Positions 16,901-24,140 of a DNA stretch of 32,000 nucleotides are shown here, piece by piece (positions within the stretch are counted from its first letter, which is position 1; each line of letters begins with the position of its first letter). The notes under the pieces are model-generated. The model made no database searches, was not told the origin of the DNA, and saw nothing but the letters and a program-made list of their open reading frames with translations. The stretch spans positions 30,001 to 62,000 of the forward strand of contig NC_016070.1 of the NCBI RefSeq assembly GCF_000253055.1, read 5' to 3'. The DNA comes from Thermoproteus tenax Kra 1 (lineage in GTDB: Archaea > Thermoproteota > Thermoprotei > Thermoproteales > Thermoproteaceae). Position numbers and translations under genes: made by a program.

Positions 16901-17644
16901 ATAGCGACTCTGAATAGAAAGACTACGCCGTGGTTCTACCACACGTGGGAGAACCACCATCCGTGGCTGAGGCAGTTAATACCGTACTCGGTCATATGGA
17001 TGAACCCGAAGACGGCGGCTCAGTACGGCATAAGGGATGGAGACTGGATCGAGCTGACGAGCAGAGGCGGCGAGGTCGCCAGAGGCCAAGTGAAGCTGAC
17101 GGAGGCCATTGCGCCGGGCGTCGTCGGCTATTGGAAGTCCAGAAACGCGAGGGCCGGCGCCTTCGGCATACCTCCCAACTCGCTCGAGGTCACCAAGGGC
17201 TTTATGTTCAACGACATATACGTGTACACAAGGCCAGAGAGCTTCGGAGGAGTGGCCAACTCTCAGTACACTGTGGATGGCTTGTTGGCGGCTGTGCAAC
17301 AAGGCAAATATCCCACGTTGAACCTAGATCCCTTCTCGGGCAAGACTGCGTGGGGCGATCTACGCGTGAAGATCGTAAGGATAGCCAACGACAAGCCCGA
17401 GTCGGCTTGGGGAAACGCCGATAGCATCTTGAAGACTCCGCCCAAGCTGATAGTGGGCTCCGAGGCGTGGTCTATAAGCGTGTTCAACTACAACGCTTAT
17501 CAGCAACCGAGCCAGATGGGAATAAGCTGGTATGAGGTCAACAGCGGTTGGTTGCAGTTCCAACAGACCATAGAGGGCAATATGGGCTACCAGTTCGACA
17601 AAGCTATACAGATAAAGAAGACAGGAAAAGCTGAGGGGGTGTAG
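13934..17644 (+). CDS. Tat-exported molybdopterin (bis-MGD) oxidoreductase catalytic subunit, Psr/Phs/Ttr/Sre-like
   Basis: The twin-arginine signal is KLTRRDFLKLAAVTGTAVAVAAT. The N-terminal [4Fe-4S] motif is CYGCLGRC (CxxCxxxC) plus a downstream Cys. GGHGGFCATNIASG is the candidate Mo-ligand Cys segment. ATG 13934 (the track gives GTG 13925) overlaps the anchor gene by 13 nt. Confidence 0.9.
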   Translation: MVVVAAKLTRRDFLKLAAVTGTAVAVAATISKEQFIFNKLFKEGGKLEAAAGDVVAFTTCYGCLGRCNVQVTISPNRLPRYIAGSIYTRNEGATCAIGASTMMHYLSPGRLRSPLLRVPTSERCTGDFIEITYDDMLDILVNGDDAAILKERGWKYGFLGMKKINQCCPEKFTYFTGRDQYNPAENTWFAAMFGSPNQGGHGGFCATNIASGGSYILGGTWWEYGGWDSKYIKILILAGVTQDHFPTIIRREITKVKERGGMIIYMSPERIGNFGQVADEWLPVMPGTDGAVVWSIIHELISAWKNGTKAIDEEYLKWYTNAPWLVITNPDYSINPPQAPNTGLFLRVKNKNGDWVPAVMGSDGNLYPFTDVPWQSGVSPVLEYRGTVTVPKGPDTSDTVTVNVRTVFTLIEDEALKTDWTPENVEKIAGTPAYKIRELAHKIIDILNNGRAVVPAKWTDYLGREHNYFIGTPVSAYIMRGISAHTNGFQTTRAFALLLSLIGAVDTPGGWMYKPPAPWPIPDGDYWPPYITPPDPRMRVTADDYAANPSMFTGPNGEKLIGAIGGTMITERVLNDGTVQVTHVYKVPYPKAIQVTTKVINYTPDNVVVDDNGHPLLIDRAFSWEFPFALHRVWTAVNIDAGLEWPYRLEFLLWHITNPYWDNAYDIDKDLGLLTAKDSDGRYRIPFVAIVDTFYGGSVPCVDLVIPDTTFFERYGEHSLLDRPTSAVYGPADNIEWPILPPLFKEVKPWSDGEIILGTKLGLPGFVDENGNPMYPNLMYDWLWKFQYAPGIGVLYMARGKGGTSCCKGEPNPDQIKMYVYPGYIPASNYSDQKTYPPPQKVPVTNGVYPPGVNPGTQTVGHAFGYYELPLEIRYYRHVNKGYLNWAASVGMMPYAKPVIIQLYSEIIQKYRLAAYGLWQGYNAYYYYMYEKTKDPKYLDLARKNASPPNDWWGSHVADIIKKFYDPIPSWYPPIDWQASDGSPPDQYPIATLNRKTTPWFYHTWENHHPWLRQLIPYSVIWMNPKTAAQYGIRDGDWIELTSRGGEVARGQVKLTEAIAPGVVGYWKSRNARAGAFGIPPNSLEVTKGFMFNDIYVYTRPESFGGVANSQYTVDGLLAAVQQGKYPTLNLDPFSGKTAWGDLRVKIVRIANDKPESAWGNADSILKTPPKLIVGSEAWSISVFNYNAYQQPSQMGISWYEVNSGWLQFQQTIEGNMGYQFDKAIQIKKTGKAEGV

Positions 17645-17646
17645 CC

Positions 17647-18447
17647 ATGGTCCAGCTGGCCATACTAACGGATCTGAGCAAGTGCTTTGGGTGCTCAGCG
17701 TGCATGTTGGCATGTAAGGAGTGGCACGCCAGCGGATGTTACGGCCCGATGACGGATTTGAACCCATGGGGACCTGAGCCAGGCAAAGGGCCGTGGTCTG
17801 TGTTCTTCCTGCGCGTACTACACGTAGAGGTCGGCGAATATCCAAACACCAAGACCTTCAGCGTGCCGATCAGCTGCTTCCACTGCAGAAACCCTGCGTG
17901 CACCACAGTCTGCCCCACTGGCGCCATATTCAAGAGGAAGGAGGACGGCGTTGTGGTAATTAACTATAACGTGTGCATCGGCTGTAGATACTGCGAGAAC
18001 GCGTGCCCCTACGGAAACATCACCTTCGACCCAGTGGAGGGCGTCTCAAAGAAGTGCACTCTGGCAATCGACCGTATATACGACGAGAGTCTGCCCGAGT
18101 ACGAGAGGATACCGCCATGCGTGAGGAACTGTCCCGCGGGCGCGAGGATATTCGGAGACATGGACGACCCCGACAGCATAATCTACAGAGAGGCCAAGAG
18201 ACGCGGCGCCGTCCCTATGGGGCCGGAGTTCGGCACAGATCCTCCGAGCCTCTACATAATGCCGGGCACTCCCGTCAATGTGGCCGGCCGCGACTACCAG
18301 TGGCCCTCTATGACTAAAGAGGAGGAGTTCGCAGTGAGGACGGGGGCAGCCGACGTTCCTAAAATACTGTCTAAACTCAAGGGCGTGAAGCCCACGGGAG
18401 GACACTGCGGTGGAGGAGTAGGCGGATCCACCGGCGAGGGACAATGA
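17647..18447 (+). CDS. four-cluster [4Fe-4S] electron-transfer subunit (DmsB/PsrB-type)
   Basis: The Cys groups are CFGCSACMLAC, CFHCRNPACTTVCP, CIGCRYCENACP and C...PPCVRNCP. The gene starts 3 nt after the catalytic subunit stop. Confidence 0.9.
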   Translation: MVQLAILTDLSKCFGCSACMLACKEWHASGCYGPMTDLNPWGPEPGKGPWSVFFLRVLHVEVGEYPNTKTFSVPISCFHCRNPACTTVCPTGAIFKRKEDGVVVINYNVCIGCRYCENACPYGNITFDPVEGVSKKCTLAIDRIYDESLPEYERIPPCVRNCPAGARIFGDMDDPDSIIYREAKRRGAVPMGPEFGTDPPSLYIMPGTPVNVAGRDYQWPSMTKEEEFAVRTGAADVPKILSKLKGVKPTGGHCGGGVGGSTGEGQ

Positions 18448-19094
18448 TGTTGCGCCTGTCCAAACAAATCTCCCTTTTTAGAGCTCTCCTCTACGACTTC
18501 CTCTCCTCTCTTTTTATCTATCCCTACAGGCTCTCCGACTACGAGGAGCTAGTCAAGTCGAAGCTAAGCGGCGTAAGGTCTGCCTCGCAGTCATTGGCCA
18601 AAATATACGACTTAAGGCACTTGGACTCCCTCCTCGCCTTAGCCGAGGGCGTTGACGACTACGGCGATCTCACGCCCATTGAGGTCGATATGACGAGAAT
18701 AGATTACGCAGTGCCGCCCTACGAGGGCTATCTCCACACCGGCTATCTGGACATGACAGTGGAAGACTCGGTGAAGAGATTCTACGCCGAATATGGAGCG
18801 GGTTTTGAGAGGCAGTTCAGAGATCTGCGGGCCGACCATATAGCGGTTGAGCTAGCCTTTATGTCCTATCTGGCCTTCAAAGAGCACGAGTCGGAGGATC
18901 CCTCTAGATATCTGGAGGGCGAGGAGCGCTTCTTGGTCAACCACTTGTTGACTTGGGTCCCCGTGTTCGTGAGAAGGGCCTTGAAACACGTGGATACGTC
19001 CTATATGAGGGAGGCCCTCCTGTTGACGAGGGAGGTTTTAACACAAGACAAAGATATAATATACGTCCTATTGCATGAGGATGAGGGTTCTTAG
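18444..19094 (+). CDS. TorD/DmsD-family redox-enzyme maturation chaperone
   Basis: ADHIAVELAFMSYLAFKE matches the TorD-family (P)DHIxxELxFM core. The ATGA start/stop overlap with the Fe-S subunit gene indicates coupling. Confidence 0.8.
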   Translation: MMLRLSKQISLFRALLYDFLSSLFIYPYRLSDYEELVKSKLSGVRSASQSLAKIYDLRHLDSLLALAEGVDDYGDLTPIEVDMTRIDYAVPPYEGYLHTGYLDMTVEDSVKRFYAEYGAGFERQFRDLRADHIAVELAFMSYLAFKEHESEDPSRYLEGEERFLVNHLLTWVPVFVRRALKHVDTSYMREALLLTREVLTQDKDIIYVLLHEDEGS

Positions 19095-20391
19095 CAACGA
19101 CGGAAAGGTCGTAGTAGTCGAGGACCCCTCGGAATCGGACCTAGAGAGGATAGCCAGAGAAAACCCAGGCGCACAGATAGTCGTAGTACTGAAGGAGTCG
19201 AAGGCGCCTCCTGCCAAGATCCCTAGAGACCTCCACAGGCTCGAGGTCGCCGCAGTTGAGGCATCTGGCGCCGAGGTAGCGGCCGCGCAGTTGAGGGCCC
19301 GAAGGACTCAGTTCTATATAGAGACTAGCAAGGCGGTCACGCGTAGGGAGCTGTTGAGGGGAGAGATCTTCGTCAAACGGCCTATCCCCCAGGTCCTCCC
19401 CGAGCTCTGCACTGCGAGGTTCGGCTGCTCTGAATGCGCCGACGTCTGTCCCTCGGGAGCTCTGAAGATAGTTGACAGAGAGGTTAAGATAGACCCCTCC
19501 AGCTGCTCAGAGTGCGGACTGTGTATATCTGCATGCCCCACAGGCGCCCTAGTGGCCCCATCCGCCGACGATGTAGAGGTAGCGGCCGCGTTGAACGCCG
19601 CCAGGTTACACGGCTTATCTAAGATTGTGTTCACGTGCTATAAGTCTAACAGAGTGGCTAAGGACGGCGAATACGTCTACAAGCTACCTTGTATCGGGGC
19701 GTTGGGGCCCGAGTGGCTCCTCGGAGCTATCTCAGTGGGAGGAACTGTGGAGGTCAGCTGTCCCGACCCGGGCTGTCCCGCCGGAGGGGCCAAGCCGGCC
19801 GTGGAGTTGGCCAAGAGGGTGGCCGAGGCCTTCGGCATGGCCGCGGAGGACGTGGAGGGCGGCGTCGTAGTGAGAGGGCAGAGGAGGATGATGGCGTTCT
19901 CGGGCGCGAGGCGGAGGGACTATATAGAAATCTTGTCGAAGCTTCGCGACTCCTACACTGGCAAAAGGGCCTTGGAGCTCAAGGTCTACAGAGTGGATGT
20001 CGACCCAAACAAGTGCTCTCTATGTGGCGTATGTTTCGCGAAGTGCCCGCAGAGGGCTTTCGATGTATCCAGAGACGGCGATGCCGTTAAGCTGTACCTC
20101 AACCCGCTCAAGTGCGTTGGATGTGGCCTATGTGAGGCGATATGCCCTGAGAGGGCCATAGCGGTCTCTAGACATGAGGCTCTGCCGGGCGATCTAGAGG
20201 AGAAGGCAGTGGACTATGTCGTCAGATGTAAATCTTGTGGAAGGCCCTTCGACACGATGAGGCACATAAACGCAGTGAAGCAGAAGCTGGGGATAAAGGG
20301 CGACCCAGAGTGGCTCTACCTATGCCCAGACTGCAGGCGCTACTACGCAGCTAAGAGACTTCTGGAGTCCGCTCTGAAGAGAAGCCAATAG
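19075..20391 (+). CDS. polyferredoxin with central MvhD/FlpD-like module and C-terminal Cys4 ribbon
   Basis: There are four CxxCxxCxxxCP motifs (CSECADVCP, CSECGLCISACP, CSLCGVCFAKCP, CVGCGLCEAICP). The central stretch is KIVFTCYKS...KLPCIGALGPEWLLGAISVGGTVEVSCPDPGCP. The C-terminus has CKSCGRPF...CPDCRRY. The gene overlaps the chaperone gene by 20 nt. Confidence 0.8.
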   Translation: MRMRVLSNDGKVVVVEDPSESDLERIARENPGAQIVVVLKESKAPPAKIPRDLHRLEVAAVEASGAEVAAAQLRARRTQFYIETSKAVTRRELLRGEIFVKRPIPQVLPELCTARFGCSECADVCPSGALKIVDREVKIDPSSCSECGLCISACPTGALVAPSADDVEVAAALNAARLHGLSKIVFTCYKSNRVAKDGEYVYKLPCIGALGPEWLLGAISVGGTVEVSCPDPGCPAGGAKPAVELAKRVAEAFGMAAEDVEGGVVVRGQRRMMAFSGARRRDYIEILSKLRDSYTGKRALELKVYRVDVDPNKCSLCGVCFAKCPQRAFDVSRDGDAVKLYLNPLKCVGCGLCEAICPERAIAVSRHEALPGDLEEKAVDYVVRCKSCGRPFDTMRHINAVKQKLGIKGDPEWLYLCPDCRRYYAAKRLLESALKRSQ

Positions 20392-20394
20392 TTG

Positions 20395-20434
20395 AATTTT
20401 TAATAAAACCATTTTCTGTCCTTTTGGAGTTTTT
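20395..20434 (+). terminator. cluster of oligo-T tracts ending the oxidoreductase operon
   Basis: T5 at 20397-20401, T4 at 20412-20415, T4 at 20422-20425 and T5 at 20430-20434, directly after stop 20389-20391. Confidence 0.5.
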
Positions 20435-20466
20435 CTCTCATAATATTTGAGTATTACCACATTACC

Positions 20467-20478
20467 TTTTTAAATTTA
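20467..20478 (+). promoter_or_regulatory. TATA box in a convergent-gene spacer (candidate ncRNA promoter)
   Basis: TTTTTAAATTTA is centred about 23 nt upstream of the first base of the 20495 closing helix. No protein gene needs a promoter here. Confidence 0.45.
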
Positions 20479-20494
20479 TGTAATGTCTACTAAC

Positions 20495-20636
20495 GTCCCA
20501 CGGCTCCACCGCCCCCGGCCTAAGCCGCCGCGGCTCCAACCGCGGCGGCGACGCGGGGATAAAGCCGGCGGCGTTGGACGGGGCAACCCGCCCAGCGCTG
20601 TCGGCCAAATCGGCGCCGACGGCGGGGCCGTGGGAC
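20495..20636 (+). ncRNA. candidate structured ncRNA, module 1 (three-way junction; class unknown)
   Basis: 10/10-bp closing helix 20495-20504/20627-20636. 10/10-bp hairpin 20524-20533/20540-20549. A 19-position hairpin 20564-20582/20587-20605 is capped by GNRA loop GCAA. Four G.U pairs exist only on the + strand. Confidence 0.45.
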
Positions 20637-20648
20637 ACCTATCTTTCT

Positions 20649-20736
20649 CCGCCCTTTATCTTCTCCCTCAACATTTTAACCCAGATGTTGTTCCTCGGAT
20701 CCATAAGCTTCCCACCGAGGGAGAATTAAAGGGCGG
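20649..20736 (+). ncRNA. candidate structured element, module 2 (three-way junction; may be part of the same transcript or a terminator structure)
   Basis: 10/10-bp closing helix CCGCCCTTTA/TAAAGGGCGG at 20649-20658/20727-20736. Two abutting hairpins: 20669-20674/20685-20690 and 20691-20698/20715-20722. Confidence 0.3.
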
Positions 20737-20742
20737 CGGTTG

Positions 20743-21492
20743 TTAAAGCTTGATCACCATGTTGTCCTCTGCAACAATCGCCGGATATCCGGAGTTTTTC
20801 ACCTCTAAGTATACTGTAGGATTGAATTTTTCGTCTATGTGAGTCAAAATGAGGGTGTTTGATCCCACTCTGCGGGCCACATCTATTGCTTGAAGCGTAG
20901 TAGTATGGCCGTATCTAACACAAATGTCCATGTATTGCTCGTTACATGTAGCCTCATGCACCAACACGTCCGCTCCTTGGGCCAGCCTCTCTATGGTCTC
21001 ACAGCCCGGAGAGGTATCGCCTGTGAAGACTATGTCGATATCGGCCGAGACCTTGAACGCGTAGGCCTCCTCTGCTGTATGATGACAAGCCTTAGTGGAC
21101 ACGACTCTAAGACTCCGTCCCTCCAACAACGCGCCCTCGGAAATCCGGCGTAAATGCACTTCATATCTTAGGCCTCTGAGTGTGTGCGGCGCGGCCGCCT
21201 TGAGAGTGTCTTCGACTATCTTGGGCGCAAAGATGTAGATCGGCTTTCTTCTATCTTCTATGTGCGCCTGAAATAACATCTCGGGCAGACCAAGGAAGTG
21301 ATCCATATGGCTGTGCGTTATAAAGACGTAGTCCACCTCGGTCAAAAGCCCTCTGTCAGAAAGCCTATAATGGCACCCCACGCCACAATCCACTAGAAGA
21401 ATGGTATCATCCGTGGTTATTAAGTTGGCCGCCCTCCATCTCTTGGAACCAGGGCTGCCTCCAGCCCCTGATCCTAGTATGGTGAGGTACAT
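20743..21492 (-). CDS. MBL-fold hydrolase, RNase Z/ElaC-like short form
   Basis: The N-terminus LTILGSGAGGSP...ILLVDCGVG and FITHSHMDHFLGLPEML (HxHxDH) follow the RNase Z-type order of motifs. At 249 aa it lacks an obvious flexible-arm insert. It starts 2 nt after the ABC ATPase stop. Confidence 0.75.
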   Translation of the reverse strand: MYLTILGSGAGGSPGSKRWRAANLITTDDTILLVDCGVGCHYRLSDRGLLTEVDYVFITHSHMDHFLGLPEMLFQAHIEDRRKPIYIFAPKIVEDTLKAAAPHTLRGLRYEVHLRRISEGALLEGRSLRVVSTKACHHTAEEAYAFKVSADIDIVFTGDTSPGCETIERLAQGADVLVHEATCNEQYMDICVRYGHTTTLQAIDVARRVGSNTLILTHIDEKFNPTVYLEVKNSGYPAIVAEDNMVIKL

Positions 21493-21494
21493 GT

Positions 21495-22445
21495 CTAATC
21501 GAATAATATCGTCTCTTTTATAGAAAAGTCAACTATTTCCCCTACCTTGTAAGAGGCCGTGGGCGGCACTCTGGCCTTTATCCTGTGGCCATTGAAATCC
21601 AGCTCCACTATCTTGTAGGGGCCCAAGTATTCCTCGCGCAACACGCGCCCCCTCAGAGGGCCATCCCCTATGACTACGTGCTCCGGTCTGAAGCCCACCC
21701 TCTTGCCCTCGCCCATTCCTAACGCTTCGGAAGGAAGTAGGTTGCTCAGGCCAAGGAAGTTAAACACGAATACGCTCCGGGGTCTCGAGTAGAGCTCTGC
21801 CGGGGGGCCCACTTGCTCTATCTTTCCATTGTTTATTACTACAAGAATATCGCCTAAGGCCATGGCCTCCTCTTGGTCGTGCGTGACGTGTAAAACGGTG
21901 GTCCCCAACTCCTTCTGAAGCTCCTTCAGAAAGCCTCTGACCTCAAGCCTCAGCCTGGCGTCTAGATTGCTTAAAGGCTCGTCTAACAACAAGATCTTCG
22001 GCTCTTTGACGAGAGCCCTCGCTATAGCCACCCTCTGTTGTTGTCCGCCGGAAAGCTGGCTAGGATATTTATGTAATTGATCCTGTATGTTCAATATACG
22101 GGCTATTCTCTCTATTCTCTCTTGTATCTGCCTCTTGTCAAAGCCTCTGTTCTTTAGAGGCATGGCTATGTTGTCATAAACGGTCAAGTGAGGGTACAAC
22201 GCATAGTTCTGGAAGACGATGCCTATATCCCTCTCCCATACAGGCAGATTCGTTATATCCCTCCCGTCTAGATAGATGGCCCCCTCGTCGGGTCTCTCTA
22301 AGCCGGCTATTATTCGTAGAAGCGTGGTCTTGCCTGAGCCAGATGGGCCCAATACAACGACATACGACTTATCGGGAACCGTCAGCTCGTCTATCTTGAT
22401 GGTGAAGCCCTTGAACGACTTTTTGATGTTCTTCAGCAACAACAC
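21495..22445 (-). CDS. ABC transporter ATP-binding protein (MalK/UgpC/PotA-like with C-terminal regulatory/TOBE-type domain)
   Basis: Walker [11 protein letters not shown]-loop, signature [15 protein letters not shown], Walker [10 protein letters not shown] and H-loop VTHDQ are all present. GTG start at 22445. Confidence 0.9.
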   Translation of the reverse strand: MLLLKNIKKSFKGFTIKIDELTVPDKSYVVVLGPSGSGKTTLLRIIAGLERPDEGAIYLDGRDITNLPVWERDIGIVFQNYALYPHLTVYDNIAMPLKNRGFDKRQIQERIERIARILNIQDQLHKYPSQLSGGQQQRVAIARALVKEPKILLLDEPLSNLDARLRLEVRGFLKELQKELGTTVLHVTHDQEEAMALGDILVVINNGKIEQVGPPAELYSRPRSVFVFNFLGLSNLLPSEALGMGEGKRVGFRPEHVVIGDGPLRGRVLREEYLGPYKIVELDFNGHRIKARVPPTASYKVGEIVDFSIKETILFD

Positions 22446-22451
22446 GGTCTC

Positions 22452-24140
22452 CTAGGCTCCCCAGATTTTTTCAAGGTTCTTCCTGACCAAGGCCAGATAT
22501 ACCAACGGAGGCACTATACTTATTAGTCCCGCCGCGGCGACTCCGCCGTAGCTCATAGTCACCGGGCTCATCAACATGCCTATGTATATTGAGAACGTTT
22601 GGGCTCCGCTGAAGCTCAACGGCCGGCTCAAGTTATAGGGCGTATAGGTGAAGGCCAGCGGAAAGACTAATGCGCCCCATGAGAAAAGAAATGCGTATAA
22701 GCCCGCCACGCTTAATCCGTTTTTGCTCAGAGGCAGTATCACCTTGAAGAACGCCCTTATTCTGCTCATGCCGTCTGCCAGAGCGGCCTCCTCTATTCTT
22801 TTATCGAAATTAGAATAATAATTATATAATATCCATATACTATAAGGTATAGTCATAATGGGATATGTTAATACCAAGCCCCATAATGTATTTAAGATAT
22901 TTAATGACTTTAATATAAAATATAATGATACAATATACATTAATGTAGGAATTGACATTAAATAAAGAATATATGTAATAAGTTTATTGCCACCATAGCC
23001 GTGAATCCTCATGTGGTAAGCTGTGGGAGCAGCGAGAAAGATCGTCACAATCGTATTAATTACAGAAATATATAGACTCATTATCAAAAACGGCAGGCCG
23101 TTGCTCAAAGCATTTTGATAATTATCTAGAGCAATAGTAGTAGGTATTATTATAGGTGGAACTTGTATTATCTCCCCAGGAGGCTTTATTGATATTAAAA
23201 TGAGCCACGCTATGGGCGTAAGAACAAATAGGAGGGCCAACGTCAAGACCGTAGCGTGGAGAGCTTTTGGGGTCTCCCTCCGGGGCATCCACGATGGGAT
23301 GGGCATTTTGATGAACACCTTAGCCGATAAAGCCTTTACGTACATCAATGAAAGGGCTGTGCCTATTAAGGTCATTATGACGATCAATGTAGCTGAATAA
23401 CCGAACTCGCCTGCGGCAAACGCCTCGTAACTATAGTAGGCCAGATTGTCAAGAATGCGCGGGCCTGCCTGAGCAGTGCCAATGTAGATTGGGTCGAATG
23501 TGAAGAAACCTGTCAGAGCCGTGAGAATAAACGCGGTCAATATCTGGGGAGATATAAGAGGTAGATCTATCGCTAGGAACTTTCTAGGCCCTGTCAAGCC
23601 GTCTGCCAGAGCGGCCTCGTCGACTGACCTAGAGAGAGCTCTAAGGCCCGAGTATATTATCAAAACCGCTGTGGGATACGACCTCCATACATCTATCAAC
23701 ACCACGGTCCATACTGAGGAGATCGGATTGGTCTTGATTAGCCCATACTCCATAAGATAGTAGCCCAGGCCGTAAAGCGGATTGATTAATAGATACCAAG
23801 CCATTGCTGCGGTGACCGGAGGGATGAAGGCCGGTATCATCAAAAGAAATAGCCATCTTCCACCGAGCCTTTTGAGGGCCAGTGCCGTGGGAATCGCCAA
23901 GATAACCGCTATTGCGGGCGTCGCCAAAGAATATAGTATCGTGTTGCCTACTATCAATGGGCCGTAGGGATCCCTCTCGAAGAGCCATATATAGTTTCCG
24001 AGACCAACCCACTTCAACGTGCCCTCGTAAGTTCTTTCATAGAAGCTTAAAATTATATTACTTATTATTGGATATATAGTCATCAAAAAAAGATAGATTA
24101 TAGAAGGTATAGCCAAAAAAATTATTTGTTTATCTTTCAT
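22452..24140 (-). CDS. fused double-permease ABC membrane component (two MalF/MalG-like halves)
   Basis: There are two EAA loops, VDEAALADGLTGPRKFLAIDLPL and IEEAALADGMSRIRAFFKVILPL, each preceded by about 5-6 TM helices. ATG 24140 forms an ATGA overlap with the binding-protein stop; the track start TTG 24164 is less likely. Confidence 0.85.
   Translation of the reverse strand: MKDKQIIFLAIPSIIYLFLMTIYPIISNIILSFYERTYEGTLKWVGLGNYIWLFERDPYGPLIVGNTILYSLATPAIAVILAIPTALALKRLGGRWLFLLMIPAFIPPVTAAMAWYLLINPLYGLGYYLMEYGLIKTNPISSVWTVVLIDVWRSYPTAVLIIYSGLRALSRSVDEAALADGLTGPRKFLAIDLPLISPQILTAFILTALTGFFTFDPIYIGTAQAGPRILDNLAYYSYEAFAAGEFGYSATLIVIMTLIGTALSLMYVKALSAKVFIKMPIPSWMPRRETPKALHATVLTLALLFVLTPIAWLILISIKPPGEIIQVPPIIIPTTIALDNYQNALSNGLPFLIMSLYISVINTIVTIFLAAPTAYHMRIHGYGGNKLITYILYLMSIPTLMYIVSLYFILKSLNILNTLWGLVLTYPIMTIPYSIWILYNYYSNFDKRIEEAALADGMSRIRAFFKVILPLSKNGLSVAGLYAFLFSWGALVFPLAFTYTPYNLSRPLSFSGAQTFSIYIGMLMSPVTMSYGGVAAAGLISIVPPLVYLALVRKNLEKIWGA

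Noticed and set aside
20495-20736. Calling the convergent-spacer RNA candidate a minimal (type T-like) RNase P RNA, SRP RNA or H/ACA guide
   Set aside because: There are only loose CR-I-like and P4-like resemblances and no CR-V/CR-IV. The size and two-module topology do not fit SRP. There is no K-turn or pseudouridylation-pocket layout, although ACA (20635-20637) follows the closing helix. The class is left unassigned pending covariance-model searches.
20483-20746. 87-aa ORF in the convergent spacer
   Set aside because: The translation (MSTNVPRLHRPRPKPPRLQPRRRRGDKAGG...) is a low-complexity read-through of G+C-rich palindromic DNA. The region is better explained by the RNA-like folds.
22800-23000. 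Very A+T-rich stretch that looks like an intergenic spacer or insertion
   Set aside because: The reading frame of the fused permease stays open through it, and it encodes plausible TM helices and loops. It is treated as coding sequence with skewed composition.
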